A stretch of 61,824 nt of DNA from Candidatus Woesearchaeota archaeon (GTDB lineage: Archaea; Nanobdellota; Nanobdellia; Woesearchaeales; UBA11576), in the NCBI GenBank assembly GCA_043819495.1, contig JBDRET010000061.1:1-61824 (forward strand), written 5' to 3'. Position numbers and translations under genes: made by a program. The notes under the pieces were generated by a model. That model had not been told where the DNA came from. It saw nothing but the letters and a program-made list of their open reading frames with translations, and ran no database searches. This document shows, piece after piece, positions 25,786-36,158 of the stretch (position 1 is the first letter of the stretch; each line of letters begins with the position of its first letter).

Positions 25786-26921
25786 TTTTCCTTCTCAAAT
25801 ATAAGTATGCTGAAATCTTCCTTGCCCTGCATCACCTTGAAGTTAGCAGTCAGATGGAAGTGGTGCCGCTGGGCGTGGTTGAGGATCTGCTGATAGCTCT
25901 TTGCCAGGAGTACAACCCTGCCTTCGGGCTTGAGGACGAACTCAGCGACGTAGAACAGTTCCTGGAATACCTTCTCCAGACCTTTCTCGGTAAGTAGCCT
26001 TGATACTTTCGGCGGATTTGATATTATGCGATCAACAGTCTGTTTCTCAAACTTGGTATCAAGCCACTCGACATCCATACGCGTGAAAGTGATCTGCTTG
26101 TTGATGCCTGCAATCTTCGCGTTCTTCTCAGCAGAACGGACGAAACGCTGCTGTGAATCAGAAGCTGTTATCCCTTTGATGTCATGCAACCCATCATCAT
26201 GCTTTGCAAAGAACGCATCAAAATCCATATCTTTCAGCTGTGGCAGGCTCATGAACGCAAACTTGTCCTTGTTGTAGAACCCCACAGGCTTCTTGCATGC
26301 ATAAAGAGCTGCCTCGATCGTAACGACACCTGAATGTGTGAATGGATCAAGCATCAACATGCCTTCCTTGAATCCACCGAGACGGACAAGAGAATATGCG
26401 ACAGTGGCCTTGACAGAATCTGCAAGAGCAAAGACACGATAAGAACGCTTGCTCAGGTCAAAACCAGCAAAATCCACTCCAAAATAAAGATCATCACCGC
26501 AGACGTATACGTAGAATGTAACTTCAGGATTCTCAAGATCGACAGTGGCGCCGCTCTTCTCATTATACTTATCATATATAGCTCCGCCGACCTCACGCTC
26601 AGTCTCCATCGTATCGAACATATCATTGTCCACTATCTTGCAGCGGACAACAAACTTGCGCCCTTTTATCCATTCAGAAATATCAAGCAGTTTTATCTCA
26701 TCTATGGCCTGCTCAAGATCCTTGGCAGCTATTGTGGCAAAAAGATGCATGACCTTTATTGCGGATTGTGACCTATAGCAGAGAGTGCAGAGATCCTCAA
26801 GCTTCTTTGTGTCAAAAAGTGCAACAGAACGCTTCAGCGTGCAATCTACACCGATAAGCTCTTTCAATTCCTTTCCAGAAACAGCCTCTAGTCCGGGATG
26901 GGTTATTATCGCTCCTTTCAT
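25782..26921 (-). CDS. THUMP-domain class I SAM-dependent RNA (tRNA m2G-type) methyltransferase
   Basis: Likely ATG at 26919-26921 (MKGAIITHPGLE...). Shows MLDPFTHSGVVTIEAAL and a DRIISNPP (NPPY-like) motif. Confidence 0.7.
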   Translation of the reverse strand: MKGAIITHPGLEAVSGKELKELIGVDCTLKRSVALFDTKKLEDLCTLCYRSQSAIKVMHLFATIAAKDLEQAIDEIKLLDISEWIKGRKFVVRCKIVDNDMFDTMETEREVGGAIYDKYNEKSGATVDLENPEVTFYVYVCGDDLYFGVDFAGFDLSKRSYRVFALADSVKATVAYSLVRLGGFKEGMLMLDPFTHSGVVTIEAALYACKKPVGFYNKDKFAFMSLPQLKDMDFDAFFAKHDDGLHDIKGITASDSQQRFVRSAEKNAKIAGINKQITFTRMDVEWLDTKFEKQTVDRIISNPPKVSRLLTEKGLEKVFQELFYVAEFVLKPEGRVVLLAKSYQQILNHAQRHHFHLTANFKVMQGKEDFSILIFEKEK

Positions 26922-27023
26922 GTTTTTGAGGAGATTCTCAGCAATTATTGGTATTATACGTCTTAATATGCGTGTCAATCAAAATAAATGATTGAAATAA
27001 TGGATAAGTGAAATAAGTAATCA

Positions 27024-29516
27024 TCACTCGTTTATAATCTTAGCGGCATCTACCAGCTTATCATCCTGACCCATCTTCATGAGCCGCACTCCCTGTGTCG
27101 CACGACCTATCGTCGATATGTTCTTTACAGGCGTCCTTATGATTATACCATTCTGAGAAATCAACATTATCTCATCATCATCAGTCACTGATCTTATGGC
27201 AGAAACACTCCCATTGCGGTCAGAGCAGATTATGTTCTTCACACCTACGCCACCACGCTTTATGAACCTGTACTCAGATACATCAGTGCGCTTACCATAT
27301 CCGTTCTCAGTCACAGTGAGAAGAGTCTTATCATCCTCAGCACGCACCATACCTATGACGACATCATCACTCTTCAGGCTTATGCCGCGCACTCCTGCAG
27401 CAGACCTGCCCATAGGCCTTATATCTGACTCTGCGAAACGGATAGCCATACCATCCTTGGTCGCTATTATCACATTCATATTCCCATCAGTAAGTATAAC
27501 ATCAATCAGCTCATCACCATCATTCACAGTCACCGCCCTTATGCCTCCCTTCCTCGGCCTTGAGAATGCCTCAAGAGATGTCTTCTTGACAGTACCGTTC
27601 CGAGTGGACATTATCAGGTAATGCTGGTCATCAAACTCCTGCACCGGCACAAAAGCCTTGATGCACTCATCCTTACCCAGATTGAACAGATTGACTATCG
27701 CCTTACCTTTCGCCTGCCTGGAACCTACAGGGATCTCATAGACCTTGAGCCAGTATACATGACCTGTGTTTGAGAAGAAAAGTACATTGGAATGCGTTGA
27801 TGATATGAAAAGATGCTCTATAAAATCATCATCATTTGTCGTCGCCGCGATTATCCCCTTACCACCACGTCCCTGATTGCGGTAGGTATCTACCGGCAGA
27901 CGCTTTATGTAACCAGTATGCGTGACAGTGACAACAACATCCTCTTCTTCTATGAGGTCTGCGATACACACATCATCATCGTCATCTACCAGGCTTATCT
28001 CTGTCCTGCGCTTATCAGCATACTTCTCCTTTATCTCTGAAAGCTCACCTTTTATTATGTTCTTCACGCGCTCCTCAGAACCCAGGATAGATCTGAAATC
28101 ATCTATCATCGCCAAGAGCTCCTTGTGCTCATCTTTTATCTTGACCTGCTCAAGAGAAGCCAGCTTCTGAAGCCGCATATCCAGGATTGCCTTTGACTGG
28201 ATCTCACTCAGAGAGTAATCAGCCATCAAGACAGACTTTGCAGTCTCAGCATCCTTTGATCGCTTGATCTTCTGCACGACATTATCTATATCATCAAGAG
28301 CGGTTATCAGGCCTTCAAGTATATGTGCACGCTCCTCTGCTTTTGTCAGATCGAACTGGGTACGCCGCCTCACTACCTCTACACGATGGCCAATGAAGCA
28401 CTGTAGCATCTCACGCAGATTTACGAGCTTGGGAGCGTTATCGATGAGGCCAAGACAGTTTATGCCGAAAGTGGTCTCCAATCTGGAATGCTTGAACAGC
28501 TGGTTCAGCACTATCTCGGATGTAGCATCATTCTTCAGCTCTATGACCACACGCATGCCGTCCGTGTCAGACTCATCACGGATATCATGTATCCCTATTA
28601 TGTGCTTGCCCCTGACAAGATCTGCAATATGCTCGACAAGCATGGCCTTGTTCACCTGATAAGGCAACTCATCGATTATTATCGCTTCACGACCCCTGAC
28701 AGTCTCCGAAGAAATCTTTGACTTGATCTTTATCTTGCCCTTCCCTGTCGCATAAGCATGCCTTATCCCTGAGATGCCAGTTATTATGCCTCCTGTCGGG
28801 AAGTCAGGACCCTTGACGTGCTCCATAAGCTGCTCAGGTGTGGTCTCAGGATCATCTATGAGCGCTATAGTACCGTCTATTATCTCCCCCATGTTATGCG
28901 GAGGTATGTTGGTCGCCATACCGACAGCTATACCTGAACTGCCATTGACCAGAAGATTAGGAAATTTACAGGGGAGCACGACAGGCTCCTTCAGCTCGCC
29001 ATCAAAATTAGGCTGGAAATTGACAGTCCCTTTATTTATGTCCTCAAGGATCTCCTCAGAGAGCTTAGAAAGACGGGCTTCAGTATACCTCATCGCTGCA
29101 GCTGAATCACCGTCGACAGAACCAAAATTACCCTGGCCGGATATCAGAGGGTAGCGCAATGAGAACTCCTGTGCCATCCTCACCATAGTATCATATACTG
29201 CAGAATCACCATGCGGGTGATACTTACCTATGACCTCTCCAACGATCCTTGCAGATTTCTTGAACGGCTTATTTGATGTCATCCCAAGGTCGTTCATAGC
29301 AAACAGCACACGCCTATGGACTGGCTTAAGACCATCTCTCACGTCGGGCAATGCACGGCTCACTATCACAGACATAGAATAATCAAGATAAGAACGTTTC
29401 ACTTCCTCCTCGACAATCGTCGGTATGATTCGTTCAGAAGTCCTTGTTGCCTGCGGCATACTCGCAGTATTCTCTACAGGCGTACTGCCTGTGTCATCAT
29501 TATTCTCTTCAGCCAT
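27024..29516 (-). CDS. gyrA: DNA gyrase subunit A
   Basis: [42 protein letters not shown] (catalytic Tyr) and a C-terminal beta-pinwheel. 830 aa. Confidence 0.95.
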   Translation of the reverse strand: MAEENNDDTGSTPVENTASMPQATRTSERIIPTIVEEEVKRSYLDYSMSVIVSRALPDVRDGLKPVHRRVLFAMNDLGMTSNKPFKKSARIVGEVIGKYHPHGDSAVYDTMVRMAQEFSLRYPLISGQGNFGSVDGDSAAAMRYTEARLSKLSEEILEDINKGTVNFQPNFDGELKEPVVLPCKFPNLLVNGSSGIAVGMATNIPPHNMGEIIDGTIALIDDPETTPEQLMEHVKGPDFPTGGIITGISGIRHAYATGKGKIKIKSKISSETVRGREAIIIDELPYQVNKAMLVEHIADLVRGKHIIGIHDIRDESDTDGMRVVIELKNDATSEIVLNQLFKHSRLETTFGINCLGLIDNAPKLVNLREMLQCFIGHRVEVVRRRTQFDLTKAEERAHILEGLITALDDIDNVVQKIKRSKDAETAKSVLMADYSLSEIQSKAILDMRLQKLASLEQVKIKDEHKELLAMIDDFRSILGSEERVKNIIKGELSEIKEKYADKRRTEISLVDDDDDVCIADLIEEEDVVVTVTHTGYIKRLPVDTYRNQGRGGKGIIAATTNDDDFIEHLFISSTHSNVLFFSNTGHVYWLKVYEIPVGSRQAKGKAIVNLFNLGKDECIKAFVPVQEFDDQHYLIMSTRNGTVKKTSLEAFSRPRKGGIRAVTVNDGDELIDVILTDGNMNVIIATKDGMAIRFAESDIRPMGRSAAGVRGISLKSDDVVIGMVRAEDDKTLLTVTENGYGKRTDVSEYRFIKRGGVGVKNIICSDRNGSVSAIRSVTDDDEIMLISQNGIIIRTPVKNISTIGRATQGVRLMKMGQDDKLVDAAKIINE

Positions 29517-29795
29517 TCTGTATCATCATGTCCTTGAATTCCGTGCAATATCTGGTGTGGAACCTGTTGCGAAAAACACTTGAAAATCGCAAAAATCTAC
29601 AATGAAAAAAAGCCAGACCCTTTATATTTGTTTGGTTTTTAAATGGCATTTAAAATGGCTGTAGTGCTCTAATTCGGCATTTTAGCGTTCAAGAATTCTG
29701 AGGTTAAAGAGGCTGGAAAGGTGCTTTGTAATGTGCATCAAATAGACATCATTTGGTGGCTGTTTTGGTAGCTGTTTTGATAATCAGTCCACTGA

Positions 29796-29954
29796 TCATT
29801 TCGGCAGCTCTTTCAGAATATGTTCCTTGACCTTGAAGTTCTTCCCGCAATAGACGCAGGACTTGCGCCTGTCAGCAAGTATCCTCGTATCAGTATGGTA
29901 CTTCATATTATTGCCGCACTTTGGACATAGAAGAAGGAAATAGAATTTCTGCAT
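29796..29954 (-). CDS. 52-aa zinc-ribbon protein (hypothetical)
   Basis: MQKFYFLLLCPKCGNNMKYHTDTRILADRRKSCVYCGKNFKVKEHILKELPK (CPxC...CxxC). Below the track cutoff. Confidence 0.45.
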   Translation of the reverse strand: MQKFYFLLLCPKCGNNMKYHTDTRILADRRKSCVYCGKNFKVKEHILKELPK

Positions 29955-29971
29955 ATTATCAGTCTCACATC

Positions 29972-31381
29972 CTAATCTTTATCTTCAGACCCTTCACCTG
30001 AATCATCATCAGAATCATCGTCAGACCCTGCACTGTGCTTTTTAGCTTCCTCTTCCCTTGCTTCTTTATCAAACTGGCCAGGGTATTCTTCGACAGGCAT
30101 ATCCTTATTCCTGCCGTCGGCAGAAGATTCCTCTACTGGCACTCCTTTGTCAGCGGATCCTGCTGCTGCCTTCCTATGCTCATCAATGTCTCTCTTCTCG
30201 ACTATCTCATCAGAATGGTCTTCCTGTCCTCTGGGAGCTATGTGCTTCATAGAACCTGCTACAAATTCCTCAAGCTTAGGATGAAGATTACGCACAGGGA
30301 GATTTTCATCCTTCTCTTCCTCTTTGATCTCATCTTCTTCTATCAGCTCTCTTGCCAAGCGTCTGGCTTTCTCTGCAGGGGTCTCTTTATGCTCCCCAGA
30401 AGCTCCTGCATCAGAATCTTCTGTATCAGATCCATCCTCAGCAGCTTCTGCATCTTCATCATCGTCAGAAAATATATCTTTGCCTTCCCGCGCTTTGTCA
30501 TCATGCGCTTTCTCCCCTTCCTCAGCAGCTTTTTCCTGCCCAGGAGACACATCATCATATATCTCTACTTCTGCTCCTGTATGAACCTTATGCCTTTCAG
30601 GAGGGACATCTATGTATGGTTCAAGCTCAATCGCACCATCTTCACCAGTGGTAAGAGTCCTCTCTTCTTTCAGGTCTCCTGACTGATCTTCTGCGTTGTC
30701 ATCTGAACTTTCGCCAACATCACCTGAATCAGCTTCAGTGTCAGCATCTGAACCATAATCAGCATTGTCATCTGGAATGTCTTTGGCATTGACATCGACT
30801 GCCTCTTGCGCATCTTCTCCATCAGGACCAAGACGTTCCTCTTCCTTCTCAAATTCATCTACCTTCTTCTGCACCGCAGCCTCTACTTCCTTGAAGTCCT
30901 TGAACACATCCTTTATCGCCTTATTGTCAGGCAGATCAAAATAATCAAGGAACTTCTGGGTGACCTTAATGATGAAACTCCTTCCGTGACGTTCCTTGGC
31001 GACGAATCCCAGACGCTCAAGCTCAGCTATATGATCATATGCCTTATTGGTCCGCACCTTGATAACATCAGACTGAAGTGCAGGCTGCTTCCATGCTATT
31101 ACTGCAAGAGTCTCAAGGATCGTCTTGCTCAATTCAGTATGCGGATTCACTTTCTGCACAAGAGAAAGAAAACCTTCCTTTACAGTCAGTTTCCACCCAC
31201 TATCCTCTTCAACGATAAGCAATGGGCGTTCAGCCTGCCGGTAATCAAGAATGAGCTCCCGTATCGCCTCTTTTACAAGGCCAGGAGTCTTCAGCTCAAG
31301 CAGAACCTGGAATTCATCCATGCTCACTGCTCTACCTGCTGCGAACAGTATAGCTTCAACCTCTTTTTTCATGTCAGTCAT
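29972..31381 (-). CDS. scpB: segregation and condensation protein B (ScpB) with a ~300-aa acidic disordered tail
   Basis: ATG at 31379-31381. EVEAILFAAGRAVSMDEF...ETLAVIAWKQPALQSDVIKVRTNKAYDHIAELERLGFV. The C-terminal two thirds are rich in D, E, S and G. Confidence 0.8.
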   Translation of the reverse strand: MTDMKKEVEAILFAAGRAVSMDEFQVLLELKTPGLVKEAIRELILDYRQAERPLLIVEEDSGWKLTVKEGFLSLVQKVNPHTELSKTILETLAVIAWKQPALQSDVIKVRTNKAYDHIAELERLGFVAKERHGRSFIIKVTQKFLDYFDLPDNKAIKDVFKDFKEVEAAVQKKVDEFEKEEERLGPDGEDAQEAVDVNAKDIPDDNADYGSDADTEADSGDVGESSDDNAEDQSGDLKEERTLTTGEDGAIELEPYIDVPPERHKVHTGAEVEIYDDVSPGQEKAAEEGEKAHDDKAREGKDIFSDDDEDAEAAEDGSDTEDSDAGASGEHKETPAEKARRLARELIEEDEIKEEEKDENLPVRNLHPKLEEFVAGSMKHIAPRGQEDHSDEIVEKRDIDEHRKAAAGSADKGVPVEESSADGRNKDMPVEEYPGQFDKEAREEEAKKHSAGSDDDSDDDSGEGSEDKD

Positions 31382-31448
31382 GTGGTGCTGTTCTCTCAAC
31401 TGTGTTGTTATCTCAAATATGTTGAACTCGTATCCTGTTTCTTCATCA

Positions 31449-32117
31449 TCATTTCTTCTTCAGAGAATAAAGACCTGCCTTATTCTCTATTATGCCTGCC
31501 TTCTCAAAAGTCCCAAGTATAGCGTCGACATTATCAGGAGGTATGCCCATTATCTTTGCCACATCCTCTCCGGAACGAGGCGCTTCAAGGACAAAATGCA
31601 GGAAGTTCCGTACAAGGACGTCAGCATTCTTCTCCGCCAGATGTGACTTTGCAACCTCATCCTTAAGCTTAAGCCCAAGATCGTGCATCTTGAGGAGGAA
31701 ATCATTGAAGAATCCTGAAAGGAACCTTGCCTTGAACAATTTTTCACTGGGCTGTATTATCTCGACGGATGATGGCGTAAAGTCAAAAATGAACTTTGAT
31801 AATTCATCAAGAGTCTCAAACCAGACCTCGACCTCTGAGAATGTGGAGAACAGTTTTCCCTTAGGCTCTGCCTCATATGTCGATTCAGAGACAAGCTCTA
31901 TCTTGTCTGTCTTTGCTATGCGATCCACGACAAGCTGTGCAGCCTCTTCAACATAATCCTTAGGAGCTCCAAGTATCTCTATTATTATACGCGCAAGCAT
32001 CTGTCCCTTATCTACGCGCTCTTTGTCTGTGAGCTTAGGCTCTTCTTTCTTACTCTCTTTCTTGCCAGCATTCTTGGCAGTCTTTTCAGCAGTTTTTTTA
32101 CTGGATTTCTTGACCAT
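31449..32117 (-). CDS. hypothetical protein (K-rich N-terminus, alpha/beta core, C-terminal wHTH)
   Basis: 222 aa with ATG at 32115-32117. The C-terminus, SGEDVAKIMGIPPDNVDAILGTFEKAGIIENKAGLYSL, looks like a wHTH. No family recognised. Confidence 0.6.
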   Translation of the reverse strand: MVKKSSKKTAEKTAKNAGKKESKKEEPKLTDKERVDKGQMLARIIIEILGAPKDYVEEAAQLVVDRIAKTDKIELVSESTYEAEPKGKLFSTFSEVEVWFETLDELSKFIFDFTPSSVEIIQPSEKLFKARFLSGFFNDFLLKMHDLGLKLKDEVAKSHLAEKNADVLVRNFLHFVLEAPRSGEDVAKIMGIPPDNVDAILGTFEKAGIIENKAGLYSLKKK

Positions 32118-33445
32118 GGTGAAGACATAAAAAACTAAGTTCGTTTATATATCTTATGGTTGATGTGAACTACCACGCCTCAAGTGACGTGGCTTCTTGA
32201 CTCATTGACGGAAGTTGCACATTACTGTGTAGAGCATCCATCTCCTCAAGCGTTGATTCAGGCAGTTCCTGCCTTATCTCTATAAGTGCTAATCGTTTGA
32301 TCTCTAATGCGGAATTGTAATCTCTGGGAACAACAAAACCACAATTATAGCAATTGTGTTCTCTTTCACATAACTCTTTTTTTGTATCATTTCCGCATTG
32401 ACTACACCTGCTTGTCGTGCCCCTAAAGTTTACAGGGATGAATACTCCGCCAGCATTTTCAGCTTTGCGCCGCATCTCACTCCTTATAAGACCAAAACAA
32501 GCATCAAGCAATGATTTTGAAAACCTATTCTTTTTACCTTTAACCATGTTAGCAATAGACATGTCCTCCATAGCAATAGCATCATAATTATCAGCATAAT
32601 ATCTTGTCAACTTGTGGACGAAGTCTTTTCGAGTATTGGTTAGTTGCTCATACCTTCTTGCTAACCTAATCCTGAATTTCTCCCTGTTATTGCTTCCGAG
32701 TTTCTTTTTCGACATCCTGCGTTGGCAAGTGGCTAACTGCTCAGAATACTTACTGAGAAATTTAGGGTTTTCTGTCTTGTTATTATCGCTATCCCACACG
32801 CTATCAGTCAAGCCTAAATCAATGCCAACAACTTTATTTATTGGCTTCTTCTGAACTATCTTTTGTTGATCAGTTATGATAGAAGCGAACCATTTTCCAG
32901 AAGGTTCACGCTTCACCACTACCTGCTTGATATTGCCCTTTATGGTTCTGTGACATCGTATAGGTATCTCGCCAACCTTTGATAGTTTAAGAGTCTGACA
33001 CCTTTTGCCAGTCATAATAAATTTGTAGCCCGACTGGTTATAATGTATGGTCTTGAACCAACCCTTCCCCTTGAATCTAAGCCTGCCAACTTTTCTACCG
33101 TTCTTTTTTGTTTCTCCTAATGCCTTCAAGTTTGAAAACAAACGATAGTTCTCATACTGCAACGTCTTAGAATACACTTCTTTGAGTTCTGGGTAACATA
33201 TCTGCAAATCAACTATCCTTGACTGTAACTCATACCTTGATATACTGTCCCAACTGCTAAACTCATCAAGAAGCTGGTTATACGTAAACCTGCAAAGGTC
33301 AAGCGTCCTCTGCAACTTCTGCTCAGTTGCTTTACTCGGGTAAAGCCTGAAACGGTGCGTTCGCATTGTACCTCCTTATTTTTGTTGAGTGACTCAAATA
33401 CTTTTCGGTTTACAACTTGTTTTCCCTAACGGGAAAATAAGATGC
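32118..33445 (-). mobile_element. IS200/IS605-type element carrying only tnpB (boundaries approximate)
   Basis: Consists of tnpB plus a 52-nt downstream spacer and an upstream subterminal hairpin TTTTCCC-taac-GGGAAAA (33420-33437). There is no tnpA in the window. Confidence 0.5.
32170..33366 (-). CDS. tnpB: TnpB (IS605 OrfB family RNA-guided endonuclease)
   Basis: MRTHRFRLYPSK...LCRFTYNQLL. RuvC motifs VVGIDLGLTD and AMEDMS. Zinc ribbon CSQCGN...CYNCGFVVPRDYNSALEI. Confidence 0.9.
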   Translation of the reverse strand: MRTHRFRLYPSKATEQKLQRTLDLCRFTYNQLLDEFSSWDSISRYELQSRIVDLQICYPELKEVYSKTLQYENYRLFSNLKALGETKKNGRKVGRLRFKGKGWFKTIHYNQSGYKFIMTGKRCQTLKLSKVGEIPIRCHRTIKGNIKQVVVKREPSGKWFASIITDQQKIVQKKPINKVVGIDLGLTDSVWDSDNNKTENPKFLSKYSEQLATCQRRMSKKKLGSNNREKFRIRLARRYEQLTNTRKDFVHKLTRYYADNYDAIAMEDMSIANMVKGKKNRFSKSLLDACFGLIRSEMRRKAENAGGVFIPVNFRGTTSRCSQCGNDTKKELCEREHNCYNCGFVVPRDYNSALEIKRLALIEIRQELPESTLEEMDALHSNVQLPSMSQEATSLEAW

Positions 33446-33527
33446 TTTCAGCATCCGTTGCTCTCATCCCCCCAGCCAAGTCAAAGGGACTTCCCACAAC
33501 TAAGTTAAAAAGGTATGAAAATAGCCT

Positions 33528-33697
33528 AAGCTACACCACCATGTCCTACTCGGCTCGCTGCACTCGCCTCGGTGCTGCCGACGCACGCCTGAGTTGGACA
33601 AATTATCCTGTTCGCCGCAGGCGTACATTGTCTATTGATTAGTGTTAATAGATCGTTAGCGTGCTGATTGGCAGCGACGGCCATGATGGTGTAGCTT
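33528..33697. repeat. 170-nt GC-rich element bounded by 16-bp inverted repeats (MITE-like or structured RNA)
   Basis: AAGCTACACCACCATG (33528-33543) versus CATGATGGTGTAGCTT (33682-33697), with 15 of 16 positions complementary. An internal GCTGCC/GGCAGC pairing is also present. Confidence 0.55.
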
Positions 33698-33704
33698 TTT
33701 AATA

Positions 33705-34781
33705 TCACAATCTCTTAAGAACAAGCACGACCAGCAAAATTATCAGAAGCGCAATCAACAGATATGGTATCAACCATCTTGCTTTTGCGGAGCTGGACTG
33801 ATAGACCACACTCCCCTCACCTCCTGTCACATCTGAATCTATAAGTGTGCGTCGCGCAGTCGAGTCTGCTTGTGTGCCTGCACCAGATCTTGCATCAGGA
33901 TATTCTGACACTGCATTCTTTGTCTGCGCTATTGTATCTTCTGAACCTGCCTCAATCACTCTGATCGGCAAAGTGATATCTTCAGAGGTCTTGCGGTCAG
34001 AGCGCAGGAACTTCAGCTTGAATGAATACTCACCATCAGAAGCATCTACGACGTTTTCCAGATCGAATGTCACGTTGGAAAAAGCAGGAAGGTTTATGCG
34101 CTTCATGTTCTGTTCCCTGTCACCGGAGTATGATACTGACGAACGGTAGACATAACTCCATACATCAACCTCAAGATATGCATCGGTCGGATTAGTCATG
34201 AGTACGCGCGTGGTAAATCTCTCGCCCGCAGATACCTCGTCAGGATAATCTATGACTGAGAATGATATCCCTCCTTTACCGATGTCCTGAAGAGATGCAA
34301 ACTCTCCAACACCATCTCCAACACCATCTATGATACTACAATCCTCAAAATCAAGATATATCTCTTTAGAAGCATCTGCATCTATGCCCTCAACAACAAG
34401 GATGTACTTTGCAGATTCCCTGCAATCCTCAAATGTCAGGTCCATAGTAAGATTGTAGATCTTGAAGCGATCAGGAAGTGATGCTTTGGCCTTGGTTGAG
34501 ATACGGGTCCCCTTGCCATCCTCAATCCATAAGTATAATGTGCGCTTCAAAGTCTTGCCACGATATGCCTGGACCGGGACAGATATATTGAGGCATTCAG
34601 GAACCTGGTATTGCTCCTGTCCTATGATGACCTGTGAAGAATCAGAGTCTACAATCATGCCCTGATCCATATCCAGATCAACACTCAGCATAATAGATTC
34701 TTTCAGGCTGCCTGATGCAGAACCTTTTGTCGCTGCAACCATCATGCAGACCATCATCGTCACGAGTATCAGAAACTTCAT
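33705..34781 (-). CDS. secreted surface protein with a C-terminal TM anchor (hypothetical)
   Basis: Likely ATG at 34779-34781 (MKFLILVTMMVCMMVAATKG, a signal peptide). The C-terminus is LIPYLLIALLIILLVVLVLKRL. Confidence 0.65.
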   Translation of the reverse strand: MKFLILVTMMVCMMVAATKGSASGSLKESIMLSVDLDMDQGMIVDSDSSQVIIGQEQYQVPECLNISVPVQAYRGKTLKRTLYLWIEDGKGTRISTKAKASLPDRFKIYNLTMDLTFEDCRESAKYILVVEGIDADASKEIYLDFEDCSIIDGVGDGVGEFASLQDIGKGGISFSVIDYPDEVSAGERFTTRVLMTNPTDAYLEVDVWSYVYRSSVSYSGDREQNMKRINLPAFSNVTFDLENVVDASDGEYSFKLKFLRSDRKTSEDITLPIRVIEAGSEDTIAQTKNAVSEYPDARSGAGTQADSTARRTLIDSDVTGGEGSVVYQSSSAKARWLIPYLLIALLIILLVVLVLKRL

Positions 34782-35040
34782 ACACCATAATAGGAAAACA
34801 ATAGATAAATGGATTTGCAGATGCAATGCGGTAACATTACTGTATCACCGAATAAGTTACGCCAATCATCAACAATGTTCCGAGTACATCAACTGTTTCT
34901 GGAAATAAACCGTCTGTGATGTAAGATATCCTGCGTTTTAGGGTCTGTTATAAGTTGTTGTCACCATTCCAGAATACTAATATAACTTTAAATAGACAAA
35001 AGGATGGTCATCCCAGAGTAGATTTATTGGGGGTTATTTA

Positions 35041-35919
35041 ATGGGAATTTTTGGATTTTTGAAGAAACCTAAAGGAGACACTACAGATGTAGGTATGGAA
35101 CTTCCACCTGTACCTATGATAGAAGGTACTGAAGGATTCCCTGAGATGAACACCCAAGATATCCCCTCATTCACTGATAATTCTCTGCCGCCACTGCCTA
35201 CAGATGTACCTGGCGCAGTGCCGCCCAGACCAGAAGAGCAAGAGCTGGACACCCCACGGATGGACATCCCTGCGAATCAATATAGGATGCCAAGAGCTAC
35301 CCCTAAAAGGGTCATTCCAGATATGCCTCCTGCTCCAGATGATCAGTACGGTATGGAAGGGATCCCTGAAATACCAGAAGAAGGGGAACCAGTCCCTCCT
35401 CCACCAAGGGGAGCTCAAGCGATGCGGATGCAAGATGTGCCAGAGATGCCTACACAAGCAGAATTCCCTGCGATGCCTGATATGCACACATATGATTCTA
35501 TACCTGACAAGATACCTCCACTCGAGGACCTTCCAGATGCACCTTCATACATACCTCCAACACCAAAAGAGAGACTGGATACTGTAGTCGATAATCTTGA
35601 GGCAGAACCTGAAGGGCTCCCTCCGATGTACCACGATGAAGATATGCCTTCATCATCAGAATTTCCTGAAACTCCGATCAAGAAGATGCGCAAAGTCCTA
35701 AGAGGACCTGCATACCTAAAGACAGAGAGCTTCAAATCCATACTCAATGATATCGAGAACATAGGTACCAGAGCAGGAGAGGTCGATGAGATGATATTCC
35801 GGCTGAACGATTTCAAGAACGGCCAAGACCAATGTCTTGAAGAATTCAAACAGACCATCGAAGATGTTCAAAGAAAACTATTGTTCATGGATAAACTCCT
35901 TTTTGATACAAACAGGTGA
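35041..35919 (+). CDS. hypothetical protein: N-terminal amphipathic helix, ~190-aa proline-rich linker, C-terminal coiled-coil module
   Basis: Starts MGIFGFLKKPKG. The linker contains repeated (M/I/V)P(P/E/D) motifs. The C-terminal PAYLKTESFKSILNDIENI...coiled coil is homologous to the next two ORFs. Confidence 0.7.
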   Translation: MGIFGFLKKPKGDTTDVGMELPPVPMIEGTEGFPEMNTQDIPSFTDNSLPPLPTDVPGAVPPRPEEQELDTPRMDIPANQYRMPRATPKRVIPDMPPAPDDQYGMEGIPEIPEEGEPVPPPPRGAQAMRMQDVPEMPTQAEFPAMPDMHTYDSIPDKIPPLEDLPDAPSYIPPTPKERLDTVVDNLEAEPEGLPPMYHDEDMPSSSEFPETPIKKMRKVLRGPAYLKTESFKSILNDIENIGTRAGEVDEMIFRLNDFKNGQDQCLEEFKQTIEDVQRKLLFMDKLLFDTNR

Positions 35920-35926
35920 ATAAAAA

Positions 35927-36157
35927 ATGGAAAGACAAGCACCACTGTTCGTCAAAGTCGATGAGTACAAGGACGTACTCGATATAGTCGATCTAGTCAA
36001 GAACAAGCTCGGCGAAGCCAAATCAAAGATACGCGAGATCAATGAACTGAAGAATCAGGAAGATTCAGAAATCGAGATATGGTCAAATGAGCTGTCAGAC
36101 ATAGAAAGAAAAGTAGACTTCATCGACCAGACACTACTAGAACCAGAGAACGTATAA
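35927..36157 (+). CDS. 76-aa coiled-coil protein, paralogous module
   Basis: PLFVKVDEYKDVLDIVDLVKNKL...coiled coil. Starts 7 nt after the preceding stop. Confidence 0.65.
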   Translation: MERQAPLFVKVDEYKDVLDIVDLVKNKLGEAKSKIREINELKNQEDSEIEIWSNELSDIERKVDFIDQTLLEPENV

Positions 36158-36158
36158 G

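Noticed and set aside
31449-32117. Calling the 222-aa protein ScpA (kleisin) because it precedes scpB.
   Set aside because: Position alone is not evidence. I see none of the ScpA N-terminal or C-terminal winged-helix sequence patterns.
35041-35919. Calling the first coiled-coil protein SepF, based on the N-terminal amphipathic helix plus linker.
   Set aside because: The C-terminal module is a coiled coil rather than the SepF alpha/beta core, and only the first few residues of the module resemble SepF.
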